Below are positions 18,429-28,519 of a stretch of 64,000 bases of DNA, one piece after another. A program made the translations under genes and the position numbers. The DNA is taken from positions 12,292 through 76,291 of the IMG/VR virus record IMGVR_UViG_2724679539_000005; one strand, 5' to 3'. Every line of letters begins with the position of its first letter. Position 1 is the first letter of the stretch. The stretch is from a virus (lineage: Duplodnaviria > Heunggongvirae > Uroviricota > Caudoviricetes). Below the pieces are notes generated by a model, which saw only the letters and a program-made list of their open reading frames with translations, was not told the DNA's origin and ran no database searches.

Positions 18429-19847
18429 TTAGAAAATAATGTTTGCTATATCCGAGATAGCATTTAAAGAACCTCTGTGGTCACTTCCTGTTTTAGGTAA
18501 AATATAGGAATATCGAGGGTCTTCATTATATGTTAACTTCCAGTGTTTTCCATCGCTTGACGCACTGAAACCTAAGTCCTTTAAATTTCTTTGTGTTGCG
18601 CTATCCATGCTTCTGTAACCTGTTAAAGTCCTTTTAAGTAATTGGCGGCGACTCTCGGTTTCTTTATTGTATTCATTATTGGCAATTAGGGATGATAAGA
18701 TATGGTAGCTTCTACCAAATTCATTTTTATTTTTTATGGCAGTTTTTAGCGCGTCAATAATTATATTTTTGATTTCTCCATCAAAAAAATCAGTCTCTTC
18801 ACCAGCATTAAGCACAATGCTTCCTTGGGCTGAAGCTTGTGATTGAAGAGTGCGTACTCTGTGCTCTAAAGAGGAGATCTTATGCTTAAGATCTTCTATT
18901 TGGTCATCTTTCGCAACATTATCGGCTTCGTAAAGCGCCATCAGTTCGCGTGTGTATTCTCCTCTTTCTTTGAGTGAGTTAATAGAGTCTTTCGTTTTTC
19001 TGGTTTGTATCTCACTCCATCCACTATCTGAGACAGGAGCCATTGTAGTCGTAGCTCTTACAACATCATCAAATAACTCATCTTCAAATTCTTTTGCGGT
19101 TTTCTCACCACGGCGATAAAAACTGATATTTTGACCCCGTGGCCAATAGATACCAACAGCACCAGCATAGGCATTTTTAGCATTTGTCTCATTTTTTAGC
19201 TTAATAGAAAATAGTCTATTGCTAGGCTCAATTAATACATGTGCTAATCCGCATACCTTTCTTGCAAGGCGTTCTGGGATGATATTGTGAGCATGTTCAT
19301 TAAAAAAATACTTGGAGCTAACGTATATTATTGGTAGTCTGTTGTCAGTTTCACCATTTATAACTTTAGCTGCTATATTTAAATGTTCATCAGTATCATC
19401 TAAGGAATGAGGTTCGACTGACACCTTGAAAATATCATCAAGACCACCAGAAAATTTATCAATCAATCTCATAACAACTAATGGTTTCTTAGGTTGCGGG
19501 GCTAGATAAGCTGCATCTTGGCTTACAACGCTAGATTCCACCTGAATCCACATGGTATCAGTTTTGAGATTTTTATTAATTGAAATATCTGTTACCCATT
19601 TGTGTGGCTCAGATATTTTCGAATACCTAAAACAGCCTAAACTAGTATCTTTGTTTTTATAAGTTATTATATCAATTCTTTCATTTTTAGACTCTATGAA
19701 GTACTCCTCGCTTTTATAATCACATACTAATTGTGCTGGAATAAAAGTTGTATGTGGTGAGTCGTTTACCCAAGAAAAACATTCATTAAAGATCTCAGCT
19801 AGAGATGTGGAGTTTGAAACATAAAAACCAGTTGAGAAATATTTCAT
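18429..19847 (-). CDS. uncharacterised 472-aa protein (nin-region moron on the antisense strand)
   Basis: Long clean ORF, strongly AT-rich, opposite to the phage early-right operon; coiled-coil segment (EDLKHKISSLEHRVRTLQ); no family recognised. Confidence 0.7.
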   Translation of the reverse strand: MKYFSTGFYVSNSTSLAEIFNECFSWVNDSPHTTFIPAQLVCDYKSEEYFIESKNERIDIITYKNKDTSLGCFRYSKISEPHKWVTDISINKNLKTDTMWIQVESSVVSQDAAYLAPQPKKPLVVMRLIDKFSGGLDDIFKVSVEPHSLDDTDEHLNIAAKVINGETDNRLPIIYVSSKYFFNEHAHNIIPERLARKVCGLAHVLIEPSNRLFSIKLKNETNAKNAYAGAVGIYWPRGQNISFYRRGEKTAKEFEDELFDDVVRATTTMAPVSDSGWSEIQTRKTKDSINSLKERGEYTRELMALYEADNVAKDDQIEDLKHKISSLEHRVRTLQSQASAQGSIVLNAGEETDFFDGEIKNIIIDALKTAIKNKNEFGRSYHILSSLIANNEYNKETESRRQLLKRTLTGYRSMDSATQRNLKDLGFSASSDGKHWKLTYNEDPRYSYILPKTGSDHRGSLNAISDIANIIF

Positions 19848-19950
19848 GAAATTTCCTTATTAAAAATGAGATTAATCTCATTGGCTATGATAATTGTTAC
19901 CCTCCTTTGGATCTAGTGTTCATTTGACATAAGAACCTATTGATTCATCA

Positions 19951-20092
19951 TAATCAACTCGCCATAATCATGTCATCGGAGCCTAAAAAACTCCGGTGAC
20001 TTCTGCGCTAAACGGGGACGTTTATGCGCACACACAATCCAAACTCTCATCTCCATTCACAGATGCAGAAATGCACCTACGATTTTTTACAT
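19951..20092. repeat. about 140-bp direct repeat, copy 1 (about 90% identical to 21885-22027)
   Basis: Shared sequence ...GCCATAATCATG...CTCCGGTGACTTCTGCGCTAAACGGGGACGTTTATGCGCAC...GATGCAGA(A/G)ATGCACCT(A/G)CGATTTTTT. Confidence 0.8.
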
Positions 20093-20507
20093 TCGGTGTT
20101 TTACTTCGACAGCCAGAATTGGGAGTCTCTATTCGTCTGGCGGCTAAAGGTGATATGGAAATCGTTATGTTTTGGCCTGAGGTAGTTGTAACTGTTGTAG
20201 CAGCTATGGCTGTGATCATCATGGTGTCCATTTACTGGGGTTGACGACATGATTTATCCGGCGCTATATTCTGTGCGTTGCCGCAAAATCGGCACACGGG
20301 ATTGGCGTCCCGGGATACTACTCAACGCATACCGCGTTAAGCGGTTTTTTTGTGCGCTAAGCACGGCTATGCCCAAATTATGGTGGGCTGTGTGAGGGCT
20401 TCTTCGGAAGCGCCGGGTTTGAGTAGCCGGTTACGCCAACCTTACACAGTTCACCACCAGTCGATTGGCGTCGTTGGTGGTGATGGTTAACCTGATGAGG
20501 TGATACT

Positions 20508-21116
20508 ATGACTACTCAATTAGCATTCCACAAAACGACGTTTACCCCGATTTGCCACAATAACAGAATTTGGCTTACTGCCACTGAAGTTGGTTTAGCA
20601 CTGGAATATGCGGACGATAAAGCAGTTCAGCGCATTTACTCTCGGCACTCAGATGAATTCACAGATATGATGACAAGGGTGGTCAAAGTGACCACCCCTC
20701 GTGGAATGCAGGAGTCTCGAGTATTTAGCCTTCGCGGAGCCCATTTGATCGCCATGTTTGCTCGTACTCCTGTGGCCAAAGAATTCCGCCGCTGGGTTCT
20801 GGATATTCTCGATCGAGAAGTTCAACAATCCCCAATCACAAAACAATTCACTGATAACGAACTTTGCACACTCGCCTGGTTATGGCGAGCAAGTGATACG
20901 ATGTTAACCGCCTGCCAGAACGTTACGCCCCTTCTTCAGGTCGCAGAGCATCGCGAAGCAGGTAGATTCACTTCAATCGAACAAGAATATCCTCGGATAC
21001 TCAACAGGGCGCGAGAAATCCTTGCCAGAGAAACGGCGCATGTAAAATTCCAACCGTGGCAGGATGATAAGTGGAGTCGTGTGTTACCATATTTCCGTCA
21101 GAATCTGTTGCAATAA
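20508..21116 (+). CDS. Bro-N / KilA-N-like domain protein (antirepressor/Roi-like)
   Basis: N-terminal pattern IWLTATEVGLALEY...RVFSLRGAHLIAMFARTPVAKEFRRWVLD typical of Bro-N family DNA-binding proteins. Confidence 0.55.
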   Translation: MTTQLAFHKTTFTPICHNNRIWLTATEVGLALEYADDKAVQRIYSRHSDEFTDMMTRVVKVTTPRGMQESRVFSLRGAHLIAMFARTPVAKEFRRWVLDILDREVQQSPITKQFTDNELCTLAWLWRASDTMLTACQNVTPLLQVAEHREAGRFTSIEQEYPRILNRAREILARETAHVKFQPWQDDKWSRVLPYFRQNLLQ

Positions 21117-21351
21117 AGTCACTAGTTAGAAATACTGCCAGCATTCTGCGATGACGGAAGTGCTGGCATTTTTTTTGGTAATGTGCGAGTCCATTTCATA
21201 AAATACGGGTACTGGAACTGGACGATATAATCTAAAAGATACCATTATCAGTAGCATTAAAATCGCTATGTGCCGATACGGATATAAATTATATTGATTG
21301 TTCACATACCTTATTGGATATTACTGAGGGGTGTTTATATAAGGTGTAACG

Positions 21352-21861
21352 ATGATGTGGAACTTTGACAGTGCCGACTTAAGTGCAATAGCAGCAGGCA
21401 TTTCTGCGTTTGGCACATTAGCCGCAGCGGGGTCGGCGCTTGCAAGTTGGTACACGTCAAAAAAAGCGCTGCAGCTACAAAATAGAGTTTACCTTTATGA
21501 GTCTTTAAAGGCTTGCGCTGAGAGAGCCAATTCATCAGCTAAAGATAAGCGCGGATCTGAATGGAGCGTTAATGATGCAGCGGATATCATCAGGTGCCTA
21601 GTACGGGCGATGGAGATCATCAAGCAGGATAGCCAGCAGAAAGAAGGTAATCAGGCATTAATGTTGAAACAGTACTTTGTTAATCTGCTAATAATGGAAC
21701 TGTACGAGGAAGTTCATAACGGTGATGCGGCTGATTCTGTTTTTAAAAGTACGGAACCTACACAAGTACTTGATAACTTATGGAGCAAATGGCAGGAGGC
21801 TATAGCTTTTTTTGATATTTGGAATTACCCAGTTGCGACTGAGGAAGACTTGGCAGACTAA
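21352..21861 (+). CDS. hypothetical protein (169 aa) with N-terminal transmembrane helix
   Basis: Hydrophobic N-terminus (LSAIAAGISAFGTLAAAGSALASW); AT-rich; inside the repeat-bounded cassette. Confidence 0.45.
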   Translation: MMWNFDSADLSAIAAGISAFGTLAAAGSALASWYTSKKALQLQNRVYLYESLKACAERANSSAKDKRGSEWSVNDAADIIRCLVRAMEIIKQDSQQKEGNQALMLKQYFVNLLIMELYEEVHNGDAADSVFKSTEPTQVLDNLWSKWQEAIAFFDIWNYPVATEEDLAD

Positions 21862-21884
21862 TTTTCAGCACATTTGATTTCCAA

Positions 21885-22027
21885 TAATCAACCAGCCATA
21901 ATCATGCCATTGGAGCTTGAACAACTCCGGTGACTTCTGCGCTAAACGGGGACGTTTATGCGCACATACAATCCAAACTCTCTTCTCCCTTCACAGATGC
22001 AGAGATGCACCTGCGATTTTTTGCATC
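21885..22027. repeat. about 140-bp direct repeat, copy 2, immediately upstream of ybcN
   Basis: See copy 1. Confidence 0.8.
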
Positions 22028-22055
22028 CAGCGTTTGACCTCTGCGGAGGTGAAGC

Positions 22056-22511
22056 GTGAACCTCCCACAAGACGGCATCAAATTGCATCGTGGTAACTTC
22101 ACTGCTATCGGTCAGCAGATCCAGCCTTATCTGGAGGAAGGCAAATGCTTTCGCATGGTGCTTAAACCGTGGCGTGAGAAACGCAGTCTTTCCCAGAATG
22201 CACTCAGCCACATGTGGTACAGCGAAATCAGTGAATACCTCATCAGCAGGGGTAAAACGTTCGCCACTCCAGCTTGGGTAAAAGATGCTCTCAAACACAC
22301 ATATCTCGGTTATGAAACCAAAGACCTGGTTGATGTCGTAACCGGTGAGATCACCACTATCCAGTCGTTACGCCATACCTCCGATCTTGATACCGGAGAG
22401 ATGTATATCTTCCTGTGTAAGGTTGAAGCCTGGGCGGTGAATATTGGCTGCCACCTGACTATTCCGCAGAGCTGCGAGTTCCAGCTGCTCCGCGACAAGC
22501 AGGAGGCGTAA
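22056..22511 (+). CDS. ybcN: YbcN-like nin-region protein
   Basis: 151 aa, GTG start preceded by GGAGG; [21 protein letters not shown] motif; matches DLP12 YbcN as recalled. Confidence 0.75.
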   Translation: MNLPQDGIKLHRGNFTAIGQQIQPYLEEGKCFRMVLKPWREKRSLSQNALSHMWYSEISEYLISRGKTFATPAWVKDALKHTYLGYETKDLVDVVTGEITTIQSLRHTSDLDTGEMYIFLCKVEAWAVNIGCHLTIPQSCEFQLLRDKQEA

Positions 22512-22681
22512 TGGCTACACCGCTTATTCGTGTCATGAACGGACACATCTACAGAGTATCAAATCGTCGTAAGCGTAAACCTGAGCTGAAGCCATCCGAA
22601 ATACCAACTCTGCTCGGATATACCGCCAGCCTGGTTGATAAAAAATGGTTGCGACTGGCAGCAAGGAGGAATCATGGCTGA
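22511..22681 (+). CDS. ninE: NinE-like protein (56 aa)
   Basis: Small basic ORF (RRKRKP...YTASLVDKKWLR) in the ninE position; below the track cutoff. Confidence 0.55.
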   Translation: MATPLIRVMNGHIYRVSNRRKRKPELKPSEIPTLLGYTASLVDKKWLRLAARRNHG

Positions 22682-22964
22682 TTTGAGAAAAGCAGCGCGT
22701 GGTCGGGAATGCCAGGTAAGAATCCCTGGCGTATGTAATGGCAATTCTGAAACGTCTGTACTGGCACATATCCGGCTGGCTGGATTGTGCGGTACCGGTA
22801 TCAAACCGCCAGACCTGATTGCCACCATCGCATGTTCTGCCTGTCACGACGAAATCGACCGCCGCACACATTTTGTCGATGCTGAGTATGCAAAAGAATG
22901 CGCGCTGGAAGGTATGGCGAGAACACAGGTTATCTGGCTGAAAGAGGGGGTTATTAAGGCGTGA
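22674..22964 (+). CDS. ybcO: YbcO-like (DUF1364) putative nuclease
   Basis: Cys-rich motif ([20 protein letters not shown]...CSACHDEID); AAGGAGG RBS 7 nt upstream of the ATG at 22674. Confidence 0.7.
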   Translation: MADLRKAARGRECQVRIPGVCNGNSETSVLAHIRLAGLCGTGIKPPDLIATIACSACHDEIDRRTHFVDAEYAKECALEGMARTQVIWLKEGVIKA

Positions 22965-23323
22965 ATACCTACAGCATCACATTACCCTGGCCTCCGAGCA
23001 ATAATCGCTATTACCGCCATAATCGCGGGCGCACGCACGTCAGCGCAGAGGGGCAGGCATACCGCGATAACGTCGCCCGAATCATTAAAAACGCAATGCT
23101 GGATATCGGCCTGGCTATGCCTGTGAAAATCCGTATTGAGTGCCACATGCCGGATCGCCGTCGCCGTGACCTGGATAATCTGCAAAAAGCCGCTTTTGAC
23201 GCACTCACCAAAGCAGGTTTCTGGCTGGATGATGTTCAGGTCGTTGATTACCGTGTTGTGAAGATGCCCGTTACCAAAGGTGGGAAGCTGGAGCTGACCA
23301 TCACTGAACTGGGGAATGAATGA
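22961..23323 (+). CDS. rusA: RusA Holliday-junction resolvase
   Basis: 120 aa, [31 protein letters not shown]...; matches RusA as recalled. Confidence 0.9.
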   Translation: MNTYSITLPWPPSNNRYYRHNRGRTHVSAEGQAYRDNVARIIKNAMLDIGLAMPVKIRIECHMPDRRRRDLDNLQKAAFDALTKAGFWLDDVQVVDYRVVKMPVTKGGKLELTITELGNE

Positions 23324-23460
23324 TGTTTGAGTCTTATATGGCAGAACGTCTTCGCCACCGCTGGATGCGCCTGCGCTTATATCGTTTCCCCGGTTCTGTT
23401 TTGACCGATTACCGGATACTGAAGAATTATGCCAAAACCCTGACAGGAGCAGGAGTATGA
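23320..23460 (+). CDS. ylcG: YlcG-like small protein (46 aa)
   Basis: [46 protein letters not shown]; overlaps the rusA stop. Confidence 0.6.
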   Translation: MMFESYMAERLRHRWMRLRLYRFPGSVLTDYRILKNYAKTLTGAGV

Positions 23461-23530
23461 AGTCAGAGATAACAATCAACTAATACTGTTTTGTTGATTT
23501 TTGCTTGTAATTGGCGTTCTGGTCTGATTT

Positions 23531-23923
23531 TTGTGGAGTAAGTTGATGCGTGATATTCAGATGGTTCTTGAGCGTTGGGGAGCGTGGGCGGCTAATAATC
23601 ATGAAGATGTGACCTGGTCGTCCATTGCCGCCGGTTTTAAGGGATTAATTACTTCAAAAGTAAAATCTCGCCCGCAATGTTGTGACGATGACGCGATGAT
23701 CATTTGCGGGTGCATGGCCCGTCTGAAAAAGAACAACAGCGATTTGCATGATTTATTGGTGGACTATTATGTCGGCGGCATGACTTTTATGGCGCTTGCA
23801 CGTAAGCATGGGCGATCTGATTGTTGGGTTGGCAGGATGCTCCAGAAAGCTGAGGGCGTAGTGGAGGGTATGCTGATGGTGTTGGATCTCCGATTGGAGA
23901 TGGATGCTGATTGTTCGAAATAA
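23531..23923 (+). CDS. late-gene antiterminator Q (21/82-type)
   Basis: About 127-130 aa Cys-containing protein in the Q position, followed by a promoter-like sequence and terminator hairpin. Confidence 0.7.
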   Translation: MWSKLMRDIQMVLERWGAWAANNHEDVTWSSIAAGFKGLITSKVKSRPQCCDDDAMIICGCMARLKKNNSDLHDLLVDYYVGGMTFMALARKHGRSDCWVGRMLQKAEGVVEGMLMVLDLRLEMDADCSK

Positions 23924-24022
23924 TTAAAGGAAAAGTTGCTGTCTGATTGTCATTAGTCTAATATTTTAAATGTTGGAATCGCAACGTAGTTATTATCATA
24001 TAACAGCTTGTTTCCTGATTTA

Positions 24023-24050
24023 GCCAGCCTCCCCAAAGGCTGGTTTTTTC
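24023..24050 (+). terminator. putative tR' terminator downstream of Q (qut/PR' region)
   Basis: Stem CCAGCCT/AGGCTGG followed by TTTTTT; upstream TTGCTG-17-TAATAT promoter-like sequence. Confidence 0.5.
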
Positions 24051-24077
24051 TAATAAGTATTATTTCGAGTAGGGATT

Positions 24078-24602
24078 TTATTGTTTAACCCATAATAATT
24101 CATTGACATTGAATCCCAACTTTTGAGCGGTTCGCACATAGTCTGCTTTTACTTTATCTGGAATAGTTGGGGTCCTTGCCAGAATCCATAGGTATTCTCT
24201 GTTCGGACCACTGACAAGAGCATACTTATACTTATCATCCAGTTTGATTACATTATAGCCACCATAGAAGGGGCCAAAAAACGAAACCTTCAACGCTGCA
24301 GTTTTAGTATCTCCAGTAAAGTATGCTTTACCTTCGCTCTCGCTCCATTTATTTTTCGTTGGATCGTATCCACGGTTAAGTACACGAATCCCTCCGTCGT
24401 TCCGTTTTCCATAAGTAGCGCTGACCTGTTCCAGACCACGTTCGAACCGGTTCTCGAGGCGAGCTATTTCATACCATTTTCCGAGGTAGCGGTTGGCGTC
24501 AAAATTTGTAATCGGCTGCACACCTTTAGGTGGTGTCGGGGCCTTACATGCTATAAGAGTGAAAGAGAGTGCAATGCCAGTCAACACAGGCCATAACTTC
24601 AT
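24078..24602 (-). CDS. blc: outer-membrane lipocalin Blc
   Basis: 174 aa; lipobox (LIAC); lipocalin signature NFDANRYLGKWYEIARL. Confidence 0.85.
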   Translation of the reverse strand: MKLWPVLTGIALSFTLIACKAPTPPKGVQPITNFDANRYLGKWYEIARLENRFERGLEQVSATYGKRNDGGIRVLNRGYDPTKNKWSESEGKAYFTGDTKTAALKVSFFGPFYGGYNVIKLDDKYKYALVSGPNREYLWILARTPTIPDKVKADYVRTAQKLGFNVNELLWVKQ

Positions 24603-24794
24603 AATAAATCCTGTACTTTTGATAGTTGAGAGTAAGTATGAAAGATAGATGATTACGACCGATCACTTAAAGAACTTTCATACTATATTAGGAATAGTCC
24701 ATAACAGGAAAATTGTCAGTGATGACGCCAGAAAGGCAATTTATTCCATGCACTACACAGTTTATGTGTTAATGAATTAGTCAAGGGGGAGAAT

Positions 24795-25754
24795 ATGATA
24801 AAAAAACCTGTGATTGGAATCAGCGGTTGTTTGGCCGGTTCTGCTGTTCGTTTTGATGGTGGTCACAAAAGAGCTGACTTTTTAATGGACAAATTAGTGG
24901 AATGGGTAACATTCAGACCAGTATGTCCAGAAATGGCTATAGGGCTGCCAGTTCCGCGTCCTGCTCTACGTCTTGTGCGCTCGACGCAAGGGAATATACG
25001 GATGTGTTTCAGCCACGACCAGAATGAGGATGTGACAGAGAGAATGACAGAGTTTAGTCGTTCTTATATGGACAAATTAAAGGATGTATCGGGATTTGTG
25101 GTTTGTGCTAAATCTCCCAGCTGTGGCATGGAGCGCGTGCGTGTCTATGATGAAAATGGTAATCGAGGTCGTAAAGATGGAGTGGGACTATTTACGAGCA
25201 CTTTGATGGAAAAGTTTTCCTGGCTACCGGTTGAAGAGGATGGGCGATTACATGATCCAGTGCTTCGTGAGAATTTTGTTGAAAGAGTTTTTGCTTTGCA
25301 TGAGCTCAATCACCTTTACAAGGAGAAATTATCAAGAAGAGAGTTATTAGCTTTTCATAGTCGTTATAAGCTTCAGTTGTTGGCGCATAGTCAGGCAGGC
25401 TATAAAGATATGGGACCATTTGTGGCTGCAATACACGAGTGGGCGGACCTTGAATCATACTTTGAGGTGTATCGTGATAAGCTGATGGCGATTCTCAGAA
25501 AACCTGCATCACGTAAAAATCACACGAATGTGCTGATGCATATACAGGGGTATTTTAGTAACTACTTAAGTACACGCCAGCGTAAAGAGTTGAGCGAGGT
25601 TATACTTAACTATCGTTCTGGCACATTACCTCTTCTTGCGCCGTTGACTCTGCTGAAGCATTATCTGGGTGAGTATCCTAATGATTACTTGCTTACACAG
25701 AATTACTTCGATCCCTATCCGGACGAACTGGCTCTAAGACTGATGGTAAATTAA
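24795..25754 (+). CDS. DUF523/DUF1722-like two-domain protein (319 aa)
   Basis: N-terminal GISGCLAG...FDGG pattern and overall size recalled as the DUF523-DUF1722 fusion family; not verified. Confidence 0.5.
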   Translation: MIKKPVIGISGCLAGSAVRFDGGHKRADFLMDKLVEWVTFRPVCPEMAIGLPVPRPALRLVRSTQGNIRMCFSHDQNEDVTERMTEFSRSYMDKLKDVSGFVVCAKSPSCGMERVRVYDENGNRGRKDGVGLFTSTLMEKFSWLPVEEDGRLHDPVLRENFVERVFALHELNHLYKEKLSRRELLAFHSRYKLQLLAHSQAGYKDMGPFVAAIHEWADLESYFEVYRDKLMAILRKPASRKNHTNVLMHIQGYFSNYLSTRQRKELSEVILNYRSGTLPLLAPLTLLKHYLGEYPNDYLLTQNYFDPYPDELALRLMVN

Positions 25755-26094
25755 TTGTATGCGATATCATCCAAAAGGATGAGTTCCTGCATGCAGGATA
25801 TTTACAATCGTAAAAACTACACTATGATACCCAGAGTGTCAGTTTGTATAAAAACTCTGTTTACGCTGAAGAAACCATTGAGATGCAACTTAAAGTTGGT
25901 AAACATGCCAGTCAAAATATAATATTATGATTCCACGCAGCTATATATAATATAACAGATTGGTTTAATAATTTGTCTTTGTGAGTTAAATACATAATTT
26001 TATACTTGTGATGCAATGAGATTTTCCTTATTGTTGAACTGGCGAATATTGATTTTCCACCTATACTTACCTGGTGTAACCTCAATGATATCAG

Positions 26095-26835
26095 GTGGAT
26101 AATATGCCATACATATGTTCTATCATTTTGGTGTTGAACTCGTTTGATGCCCGAATTGGTAAAGAAGATATTTTGTTTAAAAAGGGAAGTGCTGTTCTCA
26201 TTGATTACAATTTAAAAGATTTTTTTTCATCAAATATAGATCATGTAATGATCGTAGATGTTGAAGAGAAAACAGTTAATGATTTCTTTAAAAGCAACAC
26301 ACTCTCACCTTTTTCTGTAAGAAGGTTTTATCCGGCATACTTGATGGTGGAATGTGAAGATTTTTCATTGTTAAAGAACTTGATTGCATGCTTGAATTGT
26401 GATGGCAGAACTGTAGATTTTGTTAGAAATCAAATATCACTTGCATGTCTTGCTATCTTATCTTCAGAGAAAATAGTGCAAAGTTTTTTATTTGGATGTC
26501 TTAATAGTTTAGGAAGTAAAGTTAAGGCTATTATTCACACGGATATATCTGCAGCATGGAGACTTTGTGATATATCTTCAAGACTGTATCTGAGTGAAAG
26601 TCTGTTAAAAAGAAAATTAAAGCACGAAGGCTTATCATTTAGTAAGTTAATTCTTGAAGAGCGAATGGTGATGGCGGAAAGGTTATTAAGCTACAATTTA
26701 TATTCTGTTGGAAAAGTTGCTGAGATATGCGGTTATGGAAACACGTCATATTTTGTAAGTGTTTTCAGAAGATATTTTGGTGTTCCTCCCCATCAATATT
26801 CATCAAGATTTTTTTTAGAAAAAGACATGATGTAA
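26095..26835 (+). CDS. AraC-family transcriptional regulator (AppY/GadX-like)
   Basis: C-terminal AraC HTH (GYGNTSYFVSVFRRYFGVPPHQY); strongly AT-rich. Confidence 0.8.
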   Translation: MDNMPYICSIILVLNSFDARIGKEDILFKKGSAVLIDYNLKDFFSSNIDHVMIVDVEEKTVNDFFKSNTLSPFSVRRFYPAYLMVECEDFSLLKNLIACLNCDGRTVDFVRNQISLACLAILSSEKIVQSFLFGCLNSLGSKVKAIIHTDISAAWRLCDISSRLYLSESLLKRKLKHEGLSFSKLILEERMVMAERLLSYNLYSVGKVAEICGYGNTSYFVSVFRRYFGVPPHQYSSRFFLEKDMM

Positions 26836-27023
26836 CGTGATGCGTTTTAATGATTTTGTAATTTTCGTATTTGATAATTGTATGATGCTTTCAGCTACGC
26901 CAGAATAATCGCTGGCGTTTTTCTTTTTGAATAGATGTTCAAGCCTTACGCTAATGTAACTTCTATACCTTTCCTCTTCGTTCCGAACCGTGTACACCAT
27001 CCGTTATTTGCGGAGGTGAGGCT

Positions 27024-27239
27024 ATGAAATCCATGGATAAGTTAACAACGGGCATTGCCTACGGCACCTCCGCAGGCAGTGCTGGCTACTGGTTTTTACA
27101 GCTGCTCGATAAAGTCACGCCCTCACAGTGGGCAGCAATAGGTGTGCTGGGTAGCTTGGTATTTGGCCTGCTGACGTACCTGACAAACCTTTATTTCAAG
27201 ATTAAAGAAGATAAGCGCAAGGCTGCGAGAGGTGAATAA
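27024..27239 (+). CDS. class II holin (phage 21 S-like pinholin)
   Basis: 71 aa, two TM segments, charged C-terminus; very similar to DLP12 EssD / S21 as recalled. Confidence 0.85.
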   Translation: MKSMDKLTTGIAYGTSAGSAGYWFLQLLDKVTPSQWAAIGVLGSLVFGLLTYLTNLYFKIKEDKRKAARGE

Positions 27240-27736
27240 TGCCTCCATCATTACGAAAAGCTGTTGCTGCTGCTATTGGTGGCGGGGCTATTGCTATAGC
27301 ATCTGTGTTAATCACTGGCCCAAGTGGTAACGATGGTCTGGAAGGTGTGAGACATAATCCTTACAAAGACATAGTTGGTGTATGGACTGTATGTTACGGA
27401 CACACCGGAAAAGACATTATGCTCGGTAAAACGTATACCGAAGCAGAATGCAAAGCCCTCCTGAATAAAGACCTTGCCACTGTCGCCAGACAAATTAACC
27501 CGTACATCAAAGTCGATATACCGGAAACAACGCGCGGCGCTCTTTACTCGTTCGTCTACAACGTGGGTGCTGGCAATTTCAGAACATCGACGCTTCTTCG
27601 CAAAATAAACCAGGGTGATATCAAAGGCGCATGTGATCAGCTACGGCGCTGGACATACGCTGGCGGTAAGCAATGGAAAGGTCTCATGACTCGTCGTGAG
27701 ATTGAGCGTGAAATCTGTTTGTGGGGTCAGCAATGA
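27239..27736 (+). CDS. SAR endolysin (lysozyme, R21-like)
   Basis: N-terminal signal-anchor-release segment ([18 protein letters not shown]) followed by a lysozyme-like domain. Confidence 0.85.
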   Translation: MPPSLRKAVAAAIGGGAIAIASVLITGPSGNDGLEGVRHNPYKDIVGVWTVCYGHTGKDIMLGKTYTEAECKALLNKDLATVARQINPYIKVDIPETTRGALYSFVYNVGAGNFRTSTLLRKINQGDIKGACDQLRRWTYAGGKQWKGLMTRREIEREICLWGQQ

Positions 27737-28194
27737 ACAGAGTAACCGCGATTATCTCCGCTCTGGTTATCTGCATCATCGTCTGCCTGTCATGGGCTGT
27801 TAATCATTACCGTGATAACGCAATCGCCTACAAAGAGCAGCGCGATAACAAGGCCAGTGAACTGAAGCTGGCGAACTCGACAATTACTGATATGCAGCTT
27901 CGCCAGCGTGATGTTGCTGCGCTCGATGCAAAATACACGAAGGAGTTAGATGATGCGAAATCTGAAAATGATGCTCTGCGTGATGATGTTGCCGCTGGTC
28001 GTCGTCGGTTGCGCATCAAAGCAGTCTGTCCGTCCGTGCGTGAATCCACCACCGCCTCCGGCGTGGATAATGCAGCCTCCCCCCGACTGGCAGACACCGC
28101 TGAACGGAATTATTTCACCCTCAGAGATAGACTGATAATAATGCAGAAACAACTGGAAGGGACTCAGCAGTATATTAAGGAACAGTGCAGATAA
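27733..28194 (+). CDS. Rz: i-spanin Rz
   Basis: N-terminal TM helix then coiled coil; immediately after the endolysin. Confidence 0.8.
   Translation: MNRVTAIISALVICIIVCLSWAVNHYRDNAIAYKEQRDNKASELKLANSTITDMQLRQRDVAALDAKYTKELDDAKSENDALRDDVAAGRRRLRIKAVCPSVRESTTASGVDNAASPRLADTAERNYFTLRDRLIIMQKQLEGTQQYIKEQCR
27950..28135 (+). CDS. Rz1: o-spanin Rz1 (embedded lipoprotein)
   Basis: Embedded in the +1 frame of Rz; lipobox (VVGCAS) and Pro-rich body. Confidence 0.75.
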   Translation: MMRNLKMMLCVMMLPLVVVGCASKQSVRPCVNPPPPPAWIMQPPPDWQTPLNGIISPSEID

Positions 28195-28225
28195 AGTTGC
28201 CCATATTGATGGGCAACTCATGCAA

Positions 28226-28519
28226 TTATTGTGAGCAATATACCCGTGCTTCCAGCGGAGTATAAATGCCAAAAGTGATGAAACCGAGCAATCCATTTAC
28301 GAATGTTTGCTGGGTTTCTGTTTTAACAACATTTTCTGCGCCGCCACAAATTTTGGCTGCATCAACAGTTTTCTCCTGTCCAATTCCCGAAACGAAGAAG
28401 TGATGGGTGATGGTTTCCTTTGGTGTTACTGCTGTCGGTTTGTTTCCAACAGTAAACGTCTGTTGAGCACATCCTGTAATAAGCATTGCCAGAGCGGCAG
28501 AAAACAACATTTTTTTCAT
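28226..28519 (-). CDS. bor: Bor lipoprotein (serum-resistance protein)
   Basis: MKKML...LITGCAQQTFTV...; near-identical to lambda Bor as recalled. Confidence 0.85.
   Translation of the reverse strand: MKKMLFSAALAMLITGCAQQTFTVGNKPTAVTPKETITHHFFVSGIGQEKTVDAAKICGGAENVVKTETQQTFVNGLLGFITFGIYTPLEARVYCSQ

Noticed and set aside
19996-20244. 82-aa ORF over repeat copy 1
   Set aside because: Most of the ORF is repeat sequence that is non-coding in copy 2; only a short hydrophobic C-terminal segment could be a genuine micro-peptide, noted in the findings instead.
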